A DNA stretch of 64,000 bases from NCBI GenBank assembly GCA_024679065.1, contig JAGIQG010000003.1:107446001-107510000 (forward strand), read 5' to 3'. Shown here one piece after another: positions 50,266 to 61,550 of the stretch (positions within the stretch are counted from its first letter, which is position 1; each line of letters opens with the position of its first letter). The notes below the pieces were generated by a model. The model did no database searches. It saw only the letters and a list, made by a program, of their open reading frames with translations, and was not told the origin of the DNA. Position numbers and translations under genes: made by a program. The DNA comes from Sphyrna mokarran. Lineage: Eukaryota.

Positions 50266-52027
50266 TTTATCCACATTAAAATCCACCTGCCAGATTCTGG
50301 CCCATTCCTCTACCCTCTCAATATCCATTTATAAACTTTTCATCTCCTCATTACAACCTGCTTTCCGACCTATTTTCATGTCGTCAGCAAATTTCGCTAC
50401 GTTGCACTCTGCTCCTGCTTGTAGGTCATTGATATAGGCTGTGGTCCGGAAACTGAACTCTGTGGGATCCACTAGTCACAGATTGCCCGCTGGAGAAGGA
50501 TCCATTTAGCCCAACCCTCTGCTTTCTATCAGTCAGCCAATCTCAATGCAAGCCACTACTCTATCCCCAACCCCTTGCAATCTAACATTTGAATCAGTTT
50601 CTTGTGAGGCACCTTATCAAATACCTTCTGAAAATCCAGATAGATCACTTCGACAGGATCCCTTATCTGCTTTGTTAGTTACATTCTCAAAGAATCTAGC
50701 AGGTTTGTCAAACAAGAGCTGTCCTTCACAAAATCGTGCTGAATTGAGCTTTGCATTTCCAAATGTTCAGCCCACCACCTCCTTAATAATGGATTCCAGC
50801 AATTTTCCCACTACAGATCTCAAGCTGACTGGCTATTGTTTCCCACTTCTTGCCTTTCTTCTTTTTTGAATAAGCATATCACATTAGCATGTCTCCAATT
50901 CACCAGTACCTTTCCAGAATCTGGGAATTTTGAAATATCATAACAAATGCATCCACTATTTCTGCTGTTACCTTCTTTAACATTCTAGTGTATTAAAGGT
51001 GTTAACAGCAGCTCACCTTTTGTTGGCATTTGAAGATCTCTCAATCCTCCATGCTGCTACTAACATTTGCAATATTATAACCTTCATTTTTGCCCTTATA
51101 TTATGCTTGATTTCCTTATTAAACCAGGTCCTGAGGACATATCTACTTTTCAGTTTATGGAAGTACCTTCTCCTTGATTATAGTAATTTCACCGAGTTCC
51201 ACTGGATTAACTGCAGTTTTTGACACAATTATTATCTCCTACTGTGAAGACAGAGACAAAGTATTAGATTAGTGCCTCTACCATCTCTGAGTTTCGCATT
51301 ACTGCCCCACCATTTCCATTCTCTAAAGGGCTAATATCTACATTCAGTATTCCCTTCACCTTAGTCAATTTGTTGAAACTTTTGATGCCAGTGTTTATGT
51401 TTTCAGCTAGCTTCCTTTCACTGTTCATTTTAGCATTTTTAATGTTGTATTTCATCAGTTTTTATTGGCTTTTGAAGTTCTCTCAAGCCTCCAAGCTGTC
51501 ACTAACTTTTGCAATATAATATGCCCTCATTTTTTTCCTGCATGTCATATTTGATCTCGTTATTAAGCCATGGATAATTTTTTACACTTTTGCAATTCCT
51601 CTTCCTGTCAGGAATGTACCTTGGTTGAGATGTCTTTAATATCCCCCTAAATAACTGCCACTGTTCTTCTACCATCTTCCCCTTTAACACTTTCGTCCAG
51701 TCCACTTGGGCCAACTCTTTCCTGAGGCCTGCATAATTATCCTTGCCCAATGCTAAAACTTGAGTTTTTGCTTTGTTTTAAAACTCTTGCTTCCCATCTG
51801 AATTTGAAATTCTATCATGTTGTGATCACTGTTTCCAAGTAGATCTTAATCTACAAGGCCATTAATCAATCATTCTAATACCAGATCTAAAATAGCTAGT
51901 TCTTTGGTTGGCTCTATAACATGCAGCTCTAAGAAACTGTCTTTCCCAAACCCTACTTCAAGGCTACCCTTGCCAAATTGGCTAATCCAGTCAATATATA
52001 TCTTAAAGTCAGCCATAATTACCATTG

Positions 52028-52415
52028 TTTTCGTTAGAAAGGAGGCGGCTAAGAGGGGACCTAATCGAAACATATAAGATGATTAGAGGTTTAGATAGGG
52101 TGGACAGTGATAGCCTTTTTCCTAGGATGGAGAAAGCTAGCACGAGGGGACACAGCTTTAAATTAAGGGGTGATAGTTATAGGACGGATATCAGAGGTAG
52201 GTTCTTTACCCAAAGGGTGGTTCGGGAGTGGAATGCCCTGCCTGCAGCAGTTGTAGATGCGCCAAGTTTGGTGGCGTTTAAGAGGTTAGTTGATAAGTAT
52301 ATGGAAGAGAAGGGAATGGTTTAGTTTGGAGGGGCATTGCTTTTTATATTGGTCGGCGCAACATTGAAGGCCGAAGGGCCTGTTCTGTGCTATAATGTTC
52401 TATGTTCTATGTTCT
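52028..52415 (+). mobile_element. Young 5'-truncated CR1 LINE
   Basis: Translated C-terminus identical to the last 98 aa of ORF 42954-44123; (ATGTTCT)n tail; ATTG duplication at 52024-52027 and 52416-52419. Confidence 0.97.
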
Positions 52416-54409
52416 ATTGAGACCTCTTCACAATCCCTTCTCATTTCCTGACTTAAACAATGTCTTATTCTAAAATACCTTTTATCATTGGCACTCTATC
52501 ACAGTTGATTGCTGCATTTGTTTTTCTGTGTGACTTTATCGTCATTGGTGCTCACTCAATAATGTGGCATCACTCATTTAGGAGGTGTTGACAATTCATT
52601 GCATTGACTCAAAAGCACCACTGCTACGTTCGTATGGTGTATGTAGTGTACTGGAGTTTTCTTTGATAAAAACAGGACTGTTTGTTTGTTTTTTGTGCTG
52701 ACAAAAATGTAAAATTGTTCTCTTTCCCCCAACTTTATTAAAAATGTAGAGATTTTTGTTTCACAAATGATGTTTTATAATCCTGCTCATGATAAAGAAA
52801 TCTGTGAATTTTTTATGTAGATTTGTAAAGCTAAGACATCACGTGGTTAAAATGCCTGTTATATGTTTGGAAGAATGAGAATTTTTCATTGTGTTTATTC
52901 TTATGGTGCTTTTCTGTTGTTTGACTAAAATAAGTATTCTTTCATAGGAAGCATATGTAAAGATAGTTTGCTGTTCTTGGTTCAGTAATGTAAATATATT
53001 TTCAAGACTGCCTCACATGAAGGTTATGTTTACCAACTGAATTTTGAAAGTGACCTGATCAACAATTTTGACTTGAGTGATAGAGATCAAATAAAATGGA
53101 GTTATTTGAATACTGAAGTCTGTTTTTCTATACACTTGTGCATTGCCAACTTTTTTACAAGATAGCTTTCCTGCCTGTTGGCCCTTTATTTCACAAAAAT
53201 TATAATATTTGTTCAAGAAATCTTTTTTTTTAAATTCAGTCTGACGGTGTTTTTATTCAGATTATTGTCATTGATAGGAAAGCAGAAGTAATTTTAAGTG
53301 ATCTATATCTATCTTCTTAAATATTAGAAATGAGATAGTGATTTAAATGGTTTAATTTCATGTTTCTGTGTTAGACAGAGTGAAACTGTTAGTTGGATTC
53401 ATATTAGATAAAGGTGTTGCCTGAATGTATTGGTTTTGATTTGGTTCAAACTGTGCCTGTGCTTCTTTTCTGCTGAGAGAATTTATTCTGTGTAAAATAA
53501 ACAAAAATTTAGAGAATAAAAGCGGAATCATTCCTGTTTAGAATAGGAATGAGGGACTTCATAACCGGGACAGTTTTTAGAGTAGAAAGACTTTTTGTGA
53601 TTGTGTTTAACTAAATTCACAGCAGTTCGTGATGGGAAGGTAGAAGGTGAGCAGCTCTCAGTTTTGCTAGAGGAAAAGCCACATGTGGCAGAATGGTTAA
53701 GAAAGCCAATGCCAGAAATTTAAAGGACAGCTAGTTGTGAAAACTAGAGAATTGAAGAGAATCTCAGAAGTCTGAAGTTAAAGGAACAGAGGAAACTTGA
53801 ATTAGAGCAGGATATTTTTCACTGAAGCCACAGACAGATCTGAGAAGGTATTGGCTAGTGAGACACTAGAAAGAATGTCTGAATTGATTTTAAGGTTTAT
53901 GATATCTTACAATAGACTGTGTAATGATAGGTGAAATAATTGTGGACAATTATTTGGGCATCTGAGTATTTTTGGGTCAGCATGGCAAGATGGGCCAAAT
54001 AGCCCCTTCTGTGTTGTATTTTCCTATGATGCTATGTACTATCATCACACTAATGTATTTAAATTGTAACGTGATTGGATTATGAATGGGAATTTCATTC
54101 TCAGCCCAGGTGCCATTATTCAATTGATTATGTATAATGGTTTGTCTCTACCCTGTTGAGTACCCAGGCATTGTCTGGATACTTTGCCAATAGAATAGTA
54201 GTCAGTCCCCATTCATTTTCTTTCAATGCCTTCTTCTCGTTTGGTGTTGTAGACAAGTTATCACCATTTCAATCATTTTTGAAATGTCAAAGGTATATAT
54301 GTAAACTTGCAGCCATCTTTAACTACGATTCCAAATCACTGGAACTTTTTAAAAATTCAATTAGGATTTCTAACCAGTAAATTCAGAAATCATTCTTTGA
54401 TCTAAAACA

Positions 54410-54512
54410 TGGTTTGATAGAGCGGATCATGCCTACTCAAAATGTGGGCTCTGTTCTCACTTCACAGATGCTATCAGACTTGCTGAGATTTTCCAGCATT
54501 TTCTGTTTTGGT
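54410..54512 (+). mobile_element. Degenerate 3' end of another Penelope-like or PLE-derived short element
   Basis: ..actcaaaatgt..ctctgttctcacttcacagatgctatcagacttgctgagattttccagcattttctgtttt, recognised from memory as a common shark PLE terminus. Confidence 0.5.
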
Positions 54513-57279
54513 ATTATATCCTGAGGTTTGCCCTTAGCAGCAGCAGCATATTTTTTTTGAGACCTATTGGGATATTTTCTGTCAGTTAAAATCAGGAGTA
54601 GATGGCCAATTTTCTGAGCAGATGGTATAAAACCATCTCGAACAAGGCGTGTAAAGCCAATGGAAAGATTATAGTTTTAAATTTGTAACTCTGCACCATC
54701 ATCAGAGCAGCTTATAAATATGCCTGATAGATTTGTTCATGTTTAAAATGAGACTTGGCTTGTATCAAGAACACATTTAAATGAAGTAGACTTGTGAGGC
54801 TTCTGGGATCCATTATGGGATGAAATGTTCTTAACAGACAATTAGTCAGCACTGTTAATCAAGTTTAACAGGTGGTGGGTAATGAACTAAGACAGGGCCT
54901 CTGCTGTGGCCAGCCTAACTCTAATCTGGTTAGGGAGGTTTATAGTGACTGAGGCCCAAACTGCTTTGGGATATGGTCCAACATCTTATCATGATGGTGC
55001 ATTCATTAGTCTCATGATTGTTTAAGGATGCTGACACTGGCAGCAGGAACCCATAAGGAACTTGTCCACAAATCCCAAGATAAGAAACATTTCTGCAGAT
55101 GTATCTCTTATTGCACAGAACATGACTTGAAGAAGCTGGTCTTGTATTAATTAGTCAAAATTTGATATGGGCTCTTCACTTAAGGATGAAAGAACTGCTG
55201 TGACTTTAGAAGTGTTCGCATAATTTTTTTTGTTGGAACTTGAAAAAAATGACAGGAGGCTTTGAAGTTTGAAACATGGACATACACTGAAATCTGCAGC
55301 AACTCACACTTCAATCGTCAGTTCAAATTAAAATTCAATTCACAATTTCAAAATGAACTAGCAAAGCTTTCTTTATATTTGGACTGACTGAAGAGTAGAA
55401 CTGTTAACTAGATTACTGCAATAAATTTAAGGCTTAGATCATTTGTGAAATGATGCTAATCTATATTCAGAGTCTCTTCAAATTTCAATTAATTGTGAGT
55501 CACCTTCAATTGCAACTGTTACTATAATGTGAGTAATGGAGAAATGGCAACATAAGGAGTATGGACTAGGGTTTCACCAAGTCGGGATGGTACAGGAATC
55601 CTTTAAAAATGGTGAATGGGACCTGATATAGGGATTAGCAATCCTATTCCCAAGGTTCTTGATTTTCAAGAATGCTTTTAAAACTGTGGGCCAGTTTATG
55701 TCAAAATCTTGCACCTCATACTCTCAACCTAGTCAGCTCCATTGCAGGGATGTGGAGTCAGACCAGTTGAGTTGGGTTATGGTTTGTGGCATATCAGAGA
55801 GGGATTTCTTAAAAGAATGTTCAAAAGAGCCTCTTCATAACACCATGCTAAGGTATACCCTTTCCCATGCAGCCCCTATCGTCCCCATGCCAAGCTGCGC
55901 CCTTTTATGTACATCACATGACTTCTTATACTCTAATGCTAAGCTATGATATTTCCACATCCTTTCAAAACTCTATATTGTATTGAATCAACAATGTTTA
56001 TAGTGGCAATGTGTAAAATAACTTGCCATGATGTTTAAAATATACCATTTTACTACAGGGCAATAAAAGAGTCAATTATCTAGATCCTTTAAAGTTCCAA
56101 TAACTGAAACTACAAAACACTTGAAACATCTTACTTTTGTATAAATAAACATTATGAGATTTACAGCAGAGATTAGAGTATCCATGAAGTAATGTTTTCT
56201 CTGGGGCTCAGGTGTTTTACTACTCTAATGGATGCCTGGGGCTCACAGCCAAGAATACAAAATGAAACTTGACTGAGAGCCCAGAATCTGTTAATCTGTT
56301 GAAACACCTGAGCCACACAGTTGAGGTGGGGTCAATAGCAAGAACAGGGAGTGGCACTCGCTTGGCTCCCTGTTTTCCAATTCTGGGTTCCTTCAGGCTG
56401 CCCCATGAAGAATTCACAAGCATCTCCAATAGGGTGTGTTTGTCATGCTATCTGCCTAATGAGCCTCCCACTCATTGCCTGCGTTAATCCAGTGGTAGGG
56501 GAATGAGATCCTTATATGGGCATTAATTGACCACTTATGAGCCTTGATGGGCTGTGAGTCAAGAAGATTTCCTCATGGAGTTAATAGCAATGAAGATGAG
56601 AACATGACATGGTCCCCACCTTGATACCCGCTCGCTTGATAAAATGCCCCTGCGCTACCAAACCTGCCACCTTCTTCCCATAAAAGTATTTAATTTTGGA
56701 TTTGTTAGAAAGATTAAGGAAAAGGGGAGGGAAACATGATTAAGACTATTTGATTATGTGGAGGTTAAACATTGACATGGTCTGTTTGAGTTGAATGGTT
56801 AACTTTCTTGATGCAACTTCTAATGATTTCTGTGCAGAGAGAGCCTCTAACTATTTTTACATAATTCACTTTCCTTAGTCCGCAGCCCTGTCAATCAAGT
56901 ATCTCCAATGTTTAAACTACAAGATACTTTAACCCAAGTCTAGTTTCCATACACACTATCACACAAGTATGGCAAAATGGCTTCTTTGTTTGTTGGATGG
57001 TTCTTTTTCTCACCTCTTCTCTCTTGTCTTCCACTGTGTCTATTCTTTTAGTCTCTCCTTCACTCTGTCTCCCTTCTCTCGTGCAAGAATTCAAATCTGT
57101 TGCTTTATGTTGTTTTACATATTTACCCAATTTATATATTTTATCACTTTTAGTCCAAAATGTATATTACCATGAAAACCAACTTATATCAGGCAAGTCT
57201 TTCAATCCTAATGCTATCAATGTTGAACATATCTGGGTAATATTCCACTTTATTTGATAGATGCCAGTGCTATAGCTGC

Positions 57280-58510
57280 AGTGAAGCACCTTAGATAGAG
57301 GTGTGGTTGATCTTGGGATACAGGCCTTCGACATTACAGCAGGGTGTTATTGGAGCCTATATCTTCATTGTACCCAGCGCTCAGCTATTCCTTGGTATCA
57401 TGTGACATGAACTGAATTGTCTGAAGACTGGTTTCTGTGATAGTAGGGGCCTCAGGAGGAGTCCAAGATAAATCAACTATTCAGTGCTTCTGGCTGAAAA
57501 TGGTTGTAAATGCTTCAGTTTTGCCTTTTGTACTCGTGCTGCATTCAATTATGATTCAGGATGGTAATGTTGAGCTTCCCCCTGCAGTTGATTGTTCAAT
57601 TGCCCACAAGTAGATTTGGAAGACCTGAAGAGTTTGGATCTGGTTTATTGCTCATAAAGTAATTTCTCTGTTTCCACTGCATATTGCTTCTTTTGCTCAG
57701 TGTGCATGCAATCCAGTGTTCTACCTTTACCCAGTTGGTACCTCATTTTTCGAAAAGTCTAATGCTGCCTCTGCTATGTCACTGTGCATGCCTCATTGAA
57801 CCAGAGTGATTCCTGGTTTGATGATAATGTGGGACTAGGGGATATGCCAAGCCATCACATTGCAGATGGTGATTGAACACAGTTCTGCAGCTGTGCACAT
57901 CTACTAGATTTATTTTAAATCCATCCCTTTTGGTGTGTTGATGATGGCACATTATAGAGTGGGAGTGTCTTCAGTGTGCAGAACGGATCTTATCTTCATA
58001 CGATCTGTGCCGTGGCTACTCCTACTAACTGGTTTAGATGGATATATTTGTGACTGGTAGATTGGTGAGGATGAGGTCAAGCAGGTTTTTTTTACTAGTG
58101 CTGGTTCCCTTACCACCTGCCAGTGGCATATTCTGGCAGCTGTGACTTTCAGGATTTGGCTGGCCCAGTCAGGTGTGGTGCTGTTGAGTTGCTCTTGGTG
58201 ATGGACTCAACTTCTCCCAGTCAGTCTCCATATTGCCATCTATGCTTCTTTTAGTTGGTGTTCAACATGGAAGAGTGCTAATTCAGGAGCGGAAGGATGG
58301 CAGCAGGAAATTTCCTTACCAATTTTGAGGTCTGGAGTTAGTGTTCCAAACTCCCAGGGCCAGCTCCTTCTGCCTGTAGGCCACTGAGCTGTCATGTCAG
58401 ATGTTTGCTGTAAGCTTTGATTCTGTTGGAATGACCATTTCAAGCTGTTGCTTGAAAAATCTGTGGCACAAATCTGAGATGTTGGTGAGGGGGACTTTGC
58501 AAGATCGACT
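57280..58510 (-). mobile_element. Old CR1/L2-group LINE fragment (endonuclease and linker region)
   Basis: 57400-57800 is reverse-similar to 46230-46620; a degenerate GDFNVHHQEWL-like stretch lies at about 58190-58225. Confidence 0.7.
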
Positions 58511-58569
58511 GAGCAGTGTGCCTTTGTCAGGACCACTTGGTTGGTTTAATTCTTGTTATAGTCTTATTT

Positions 58570-58860
58570 AATGTATTGATACAACTGAATGGCTTGCTTT
58601 GGAGGTACTGTAACATATCGGTCAGATCGGATAAAGGCCGTTCTCTTTCCCTCAGGGAGCCAATGGAATTTTTAAGGCTATCTAGTAGTTTCACAGTCAC
58701 CGTTACTGATAGTAGCTTCTTCGTTCTAGATTTATTTAATTAACTGAATTTAAATGCTCTACATCTTGTGGCGAGATTTGAATTCGTGTCTCTTGATCAT
58801 TAGCTGAGATCTCTGAATTGTGAGCCCATTAATATACCCACTGTGTACCATACCCAATTT
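58570..58860 (-). mobile_element. Old tRNA-derived SINE (same family as 60025-60390)
   Basis: Shared ggtcagatc..taa..ctttccct..actgaatttaaat.cta blocks. Confidence 0.6.
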
Positions 58861-59262
58861 TTTGACACAGAGTAAAACACATGCTTTTTATTGAAAGTTT
58901 AATTATTACAAATAACCAACATCGAAATCACGTTATCTTCTGCAGCAAAGCCACAAGATGTATTAAACCTCAACCGTCCTTTTTTGTCTTACAACTTATG
59001 GCTATGATTTTCCATCATTGATTGCAGTGCCAGCTGTGCAAATCCTATAGGACTCAACATTAGCATCATGTCTTCTTAGTTTTAATCTCTATTCGGATGT
59101 CTTATGGTTTAACTTGTAGAGAACAACATTATGTATTCAGTTAGCAAGATGTAGAAGGAGTCATGCTATCAAACAGAAATACTGGGAGTATGATCAGGTT
59201 AACGAACTGTGTGAAACTCACCAACTTCACAGATGCCTTTCCTCACCTGATTAAACACCACC

Positions 59263-59998
59263 CTGTGCAATTTCAAAGTGCTAGTGAAAATCTCACAATC
59301 AGCTGAAGGGGTAGAACCTAAACACGCTATTAATATTAGTGTACAGGATGCCATTTTTAAGCGCATCCCAGTTTCAAAGTTAAATTAAATTCAAAACCCT
59401 TTGCTTGCCTAGATATCAGGACCCCATCCATACAGTGCAGAGATTGGAGCACCTCAGCACTAAGCAAGCATTAGGGTGACCTGACACCCTCTTCATAAGT
59501 TTTCAGGACCTCCCCTCACTGAATGCAAGCACCATTCTTATCTCAATACAGGCACCATCCGCCTCCCCACATCCCCCACTCTCTCATATATAAGGGAAAC
59601 ATCCCCTTGTGGCTCCCCAGAGGGCCTACCCATAATACTTGCACTCAGTGCCACCCTGTCAGGATGCCACTGTCAGGAGCCATTTCCCACAACACCAGGG
59701 AAATATCTCACTGCGACAATGCTATCATGACTGGTTTCAGTTTTGAAAACCAAGAGTGATTTGTCACTGGCGTGATGTTATATCAAGTGGGTGGGAACAC
59801 GTGGTGAGGGTGGAAGTAGTGGCATTAAGCCCACAAACTATATTTACATTTCTTGTAAAATGTGCTAACCAGGTTTGCACCCTTTGTGGGCATGAACCTA
59901 ATTGTGTTATTAGTGAGAGGTATGAAGATTGTTCTCGGGATTTTTGTTGGTGCAAATCGCCTTTTTGACCTCATAAGTGCTCCTGTTAAATTGCACCC
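59263..59998. mobile_element. Non-autonomous DNA transposon (Harbinger-like MITE)
   Basis: TIR core gtgcaattt (59265-59273) / aaattgcac (59988-59996) followed by CC; C-rich core. Confidence 0.55.
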
Positions 59999-60024
59999 TG
60001 AGATTCCAGATTAGAGTGCCATAT

Positions 60025-60390
60025 TTATTTTGTTCTTTCATGGGTGTATGTTGTTAGCAAGACCAACATTTGTTGCCCATCCCTAATTTGCATTGAAGTG
60101 GGCAGTTTACGAGACCATATCAGAGGACATTAAAGGTCAACCATATTGCTCTGAGTCTGGAGTCACAAGCAGGTCAGATCAAGTAAGAATGGCAGATTTC
60201 TTTCCCTAAAGGATGTTAGTGAACAGGATGAGTTTTATGATAATCATCAGCACTAACTTTATATCCCAGATCTATCAACTGAATTTAAATTCTACCCCTT
60301 GCTATGATAAGATGTGAACCCAGGTTTCTAAAGCAGGAACCTCTGGATTACTAGTTCAGTAACATATCCAGTATGTCAATATTTTCCCAT
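60025..60390 (-). mobile_element. Old tRNA-derived SINE sharing its tail with the LINE family at 36775-37500
   Basis: catttgttgcccatccctaatt tail (reverse of aattagggatgggcaacaaatg); gtctggagtcaca..ggcagatttctttccctaaagga core. Confidence 0.7.
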
Positions 60391-60689
60391 GAATCTAAAT
60401 GTAAGCATATCAATGGATAACTCAGAAACATATTTTGGGCTATTAAATTGTACTTGCAGTCCTTTGTACAAAGTTTTCATGACAGAACTTAACATAAATG
60501 AACAGTCTTTGTAAATCTATTTCCCTTATTGTTAGCCAAGAAATCTTTAACAAATGTAGTGAGTGATGTGTTCAGGAGTTTGGAGTATTCATGGCGAAGA
60601 AAATCGAGAAGACCTGGGGGTTAGACCTGGCTGCTGTGGGTCAAATTACACAAGTTGAGCAGAGATTGGAAGCCAAAGTGGAATGCAAA

Positions 60690-61550
60690 GGATGTGATAT
60701 TACTGGCTCGCCATGTCAGTCAGTCGCCATGGTGAGCCAAGAAGATTGCATGAGAGGTTAAAAATCTGATTCATGCCTGGTATGAATTGAACTGTTATTC
60801 CCCCAGTACTGCTTTGCCAGCAAGTTTGGCTTTATGCCCAGGAAGGGTGTAAAGCCGATCAACAGGAGTCATATGCCTTCATCCTGTATGACATCTTCCT
60901 GCCCCTTGGAATCACTGCTGGTCTCCACCAGCAAAGACCAGACGCCATGGTCAACTGGAGGATGTGGGGGTTGGTGGTTGGAGGCTATTGAAACCCCCAT
61001 GTAGTTGGCAAGGGGTCTGCCCACTTGGCACCTGTCAGTACCCAGTTGGGCACAAGTGTGCCAGGAGCAGTGCCAAGGTGTTGGGGCTAGTGGGGATGGG
61101 GCTGTGATGGGGTGCATGCACAATGACCATGGACTGATAAGAGATTGGAGTTGTGCAAGGAGGAGGAGCTATGCAAGGAGGGATGGTTGACAAAGGAGGG
61201 AGAACATAAGGATGTTCTAAAACCAGAGGATTTAGCAGGAGTGTTCTGATGCCCCAATACTGGCAATCCATGTTGGATGAGAGGAAAATATGCCATTGAT
61301 TGGGTGGGGGGTGATGTCTGTAGCAGATAGTCTCCTGGTTTACTGTGAGATCAGGGCACCTTGTGCAGTGATGCCAAGTGCTCTGCAATCAACTTTGTCA
61401 CTTACTTGGGCTGTGGCCCCACCAACCTCCACCAGCTCCCACCAGCTCAAATCTCCTCATTGTCAGACCAAGTGTGGGAAGATTGCAATGCTGAATGCGC
61501 CCAGAAAACTGGCATGGGACAATCTGTTTTCAGACTTTTACGATCCTTAG
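60690..61550. mobile_element. GC-rich MITE-like element
   Basis: Composition and ttggcac / gtgccagg motifs as in other Harbinger-like MITEs in this window; ends poorly defined. Confidence 0.4.

Larger units (their letters stand above)
48675..52460 (-). mobile_element. Old long CR1 copy fragmented by three insertions (49046-49335, 49566-50265, 52028-52415)
   Basis: Tail at 48675; reverse RT motifs (gtcgtcagcaaattt = KFADD, tcaaataccttctgaaaatc = DFQKVFD); endonuclease end EPTKELAILDLV in ORF 51870-52073. Confidence 0.8.
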
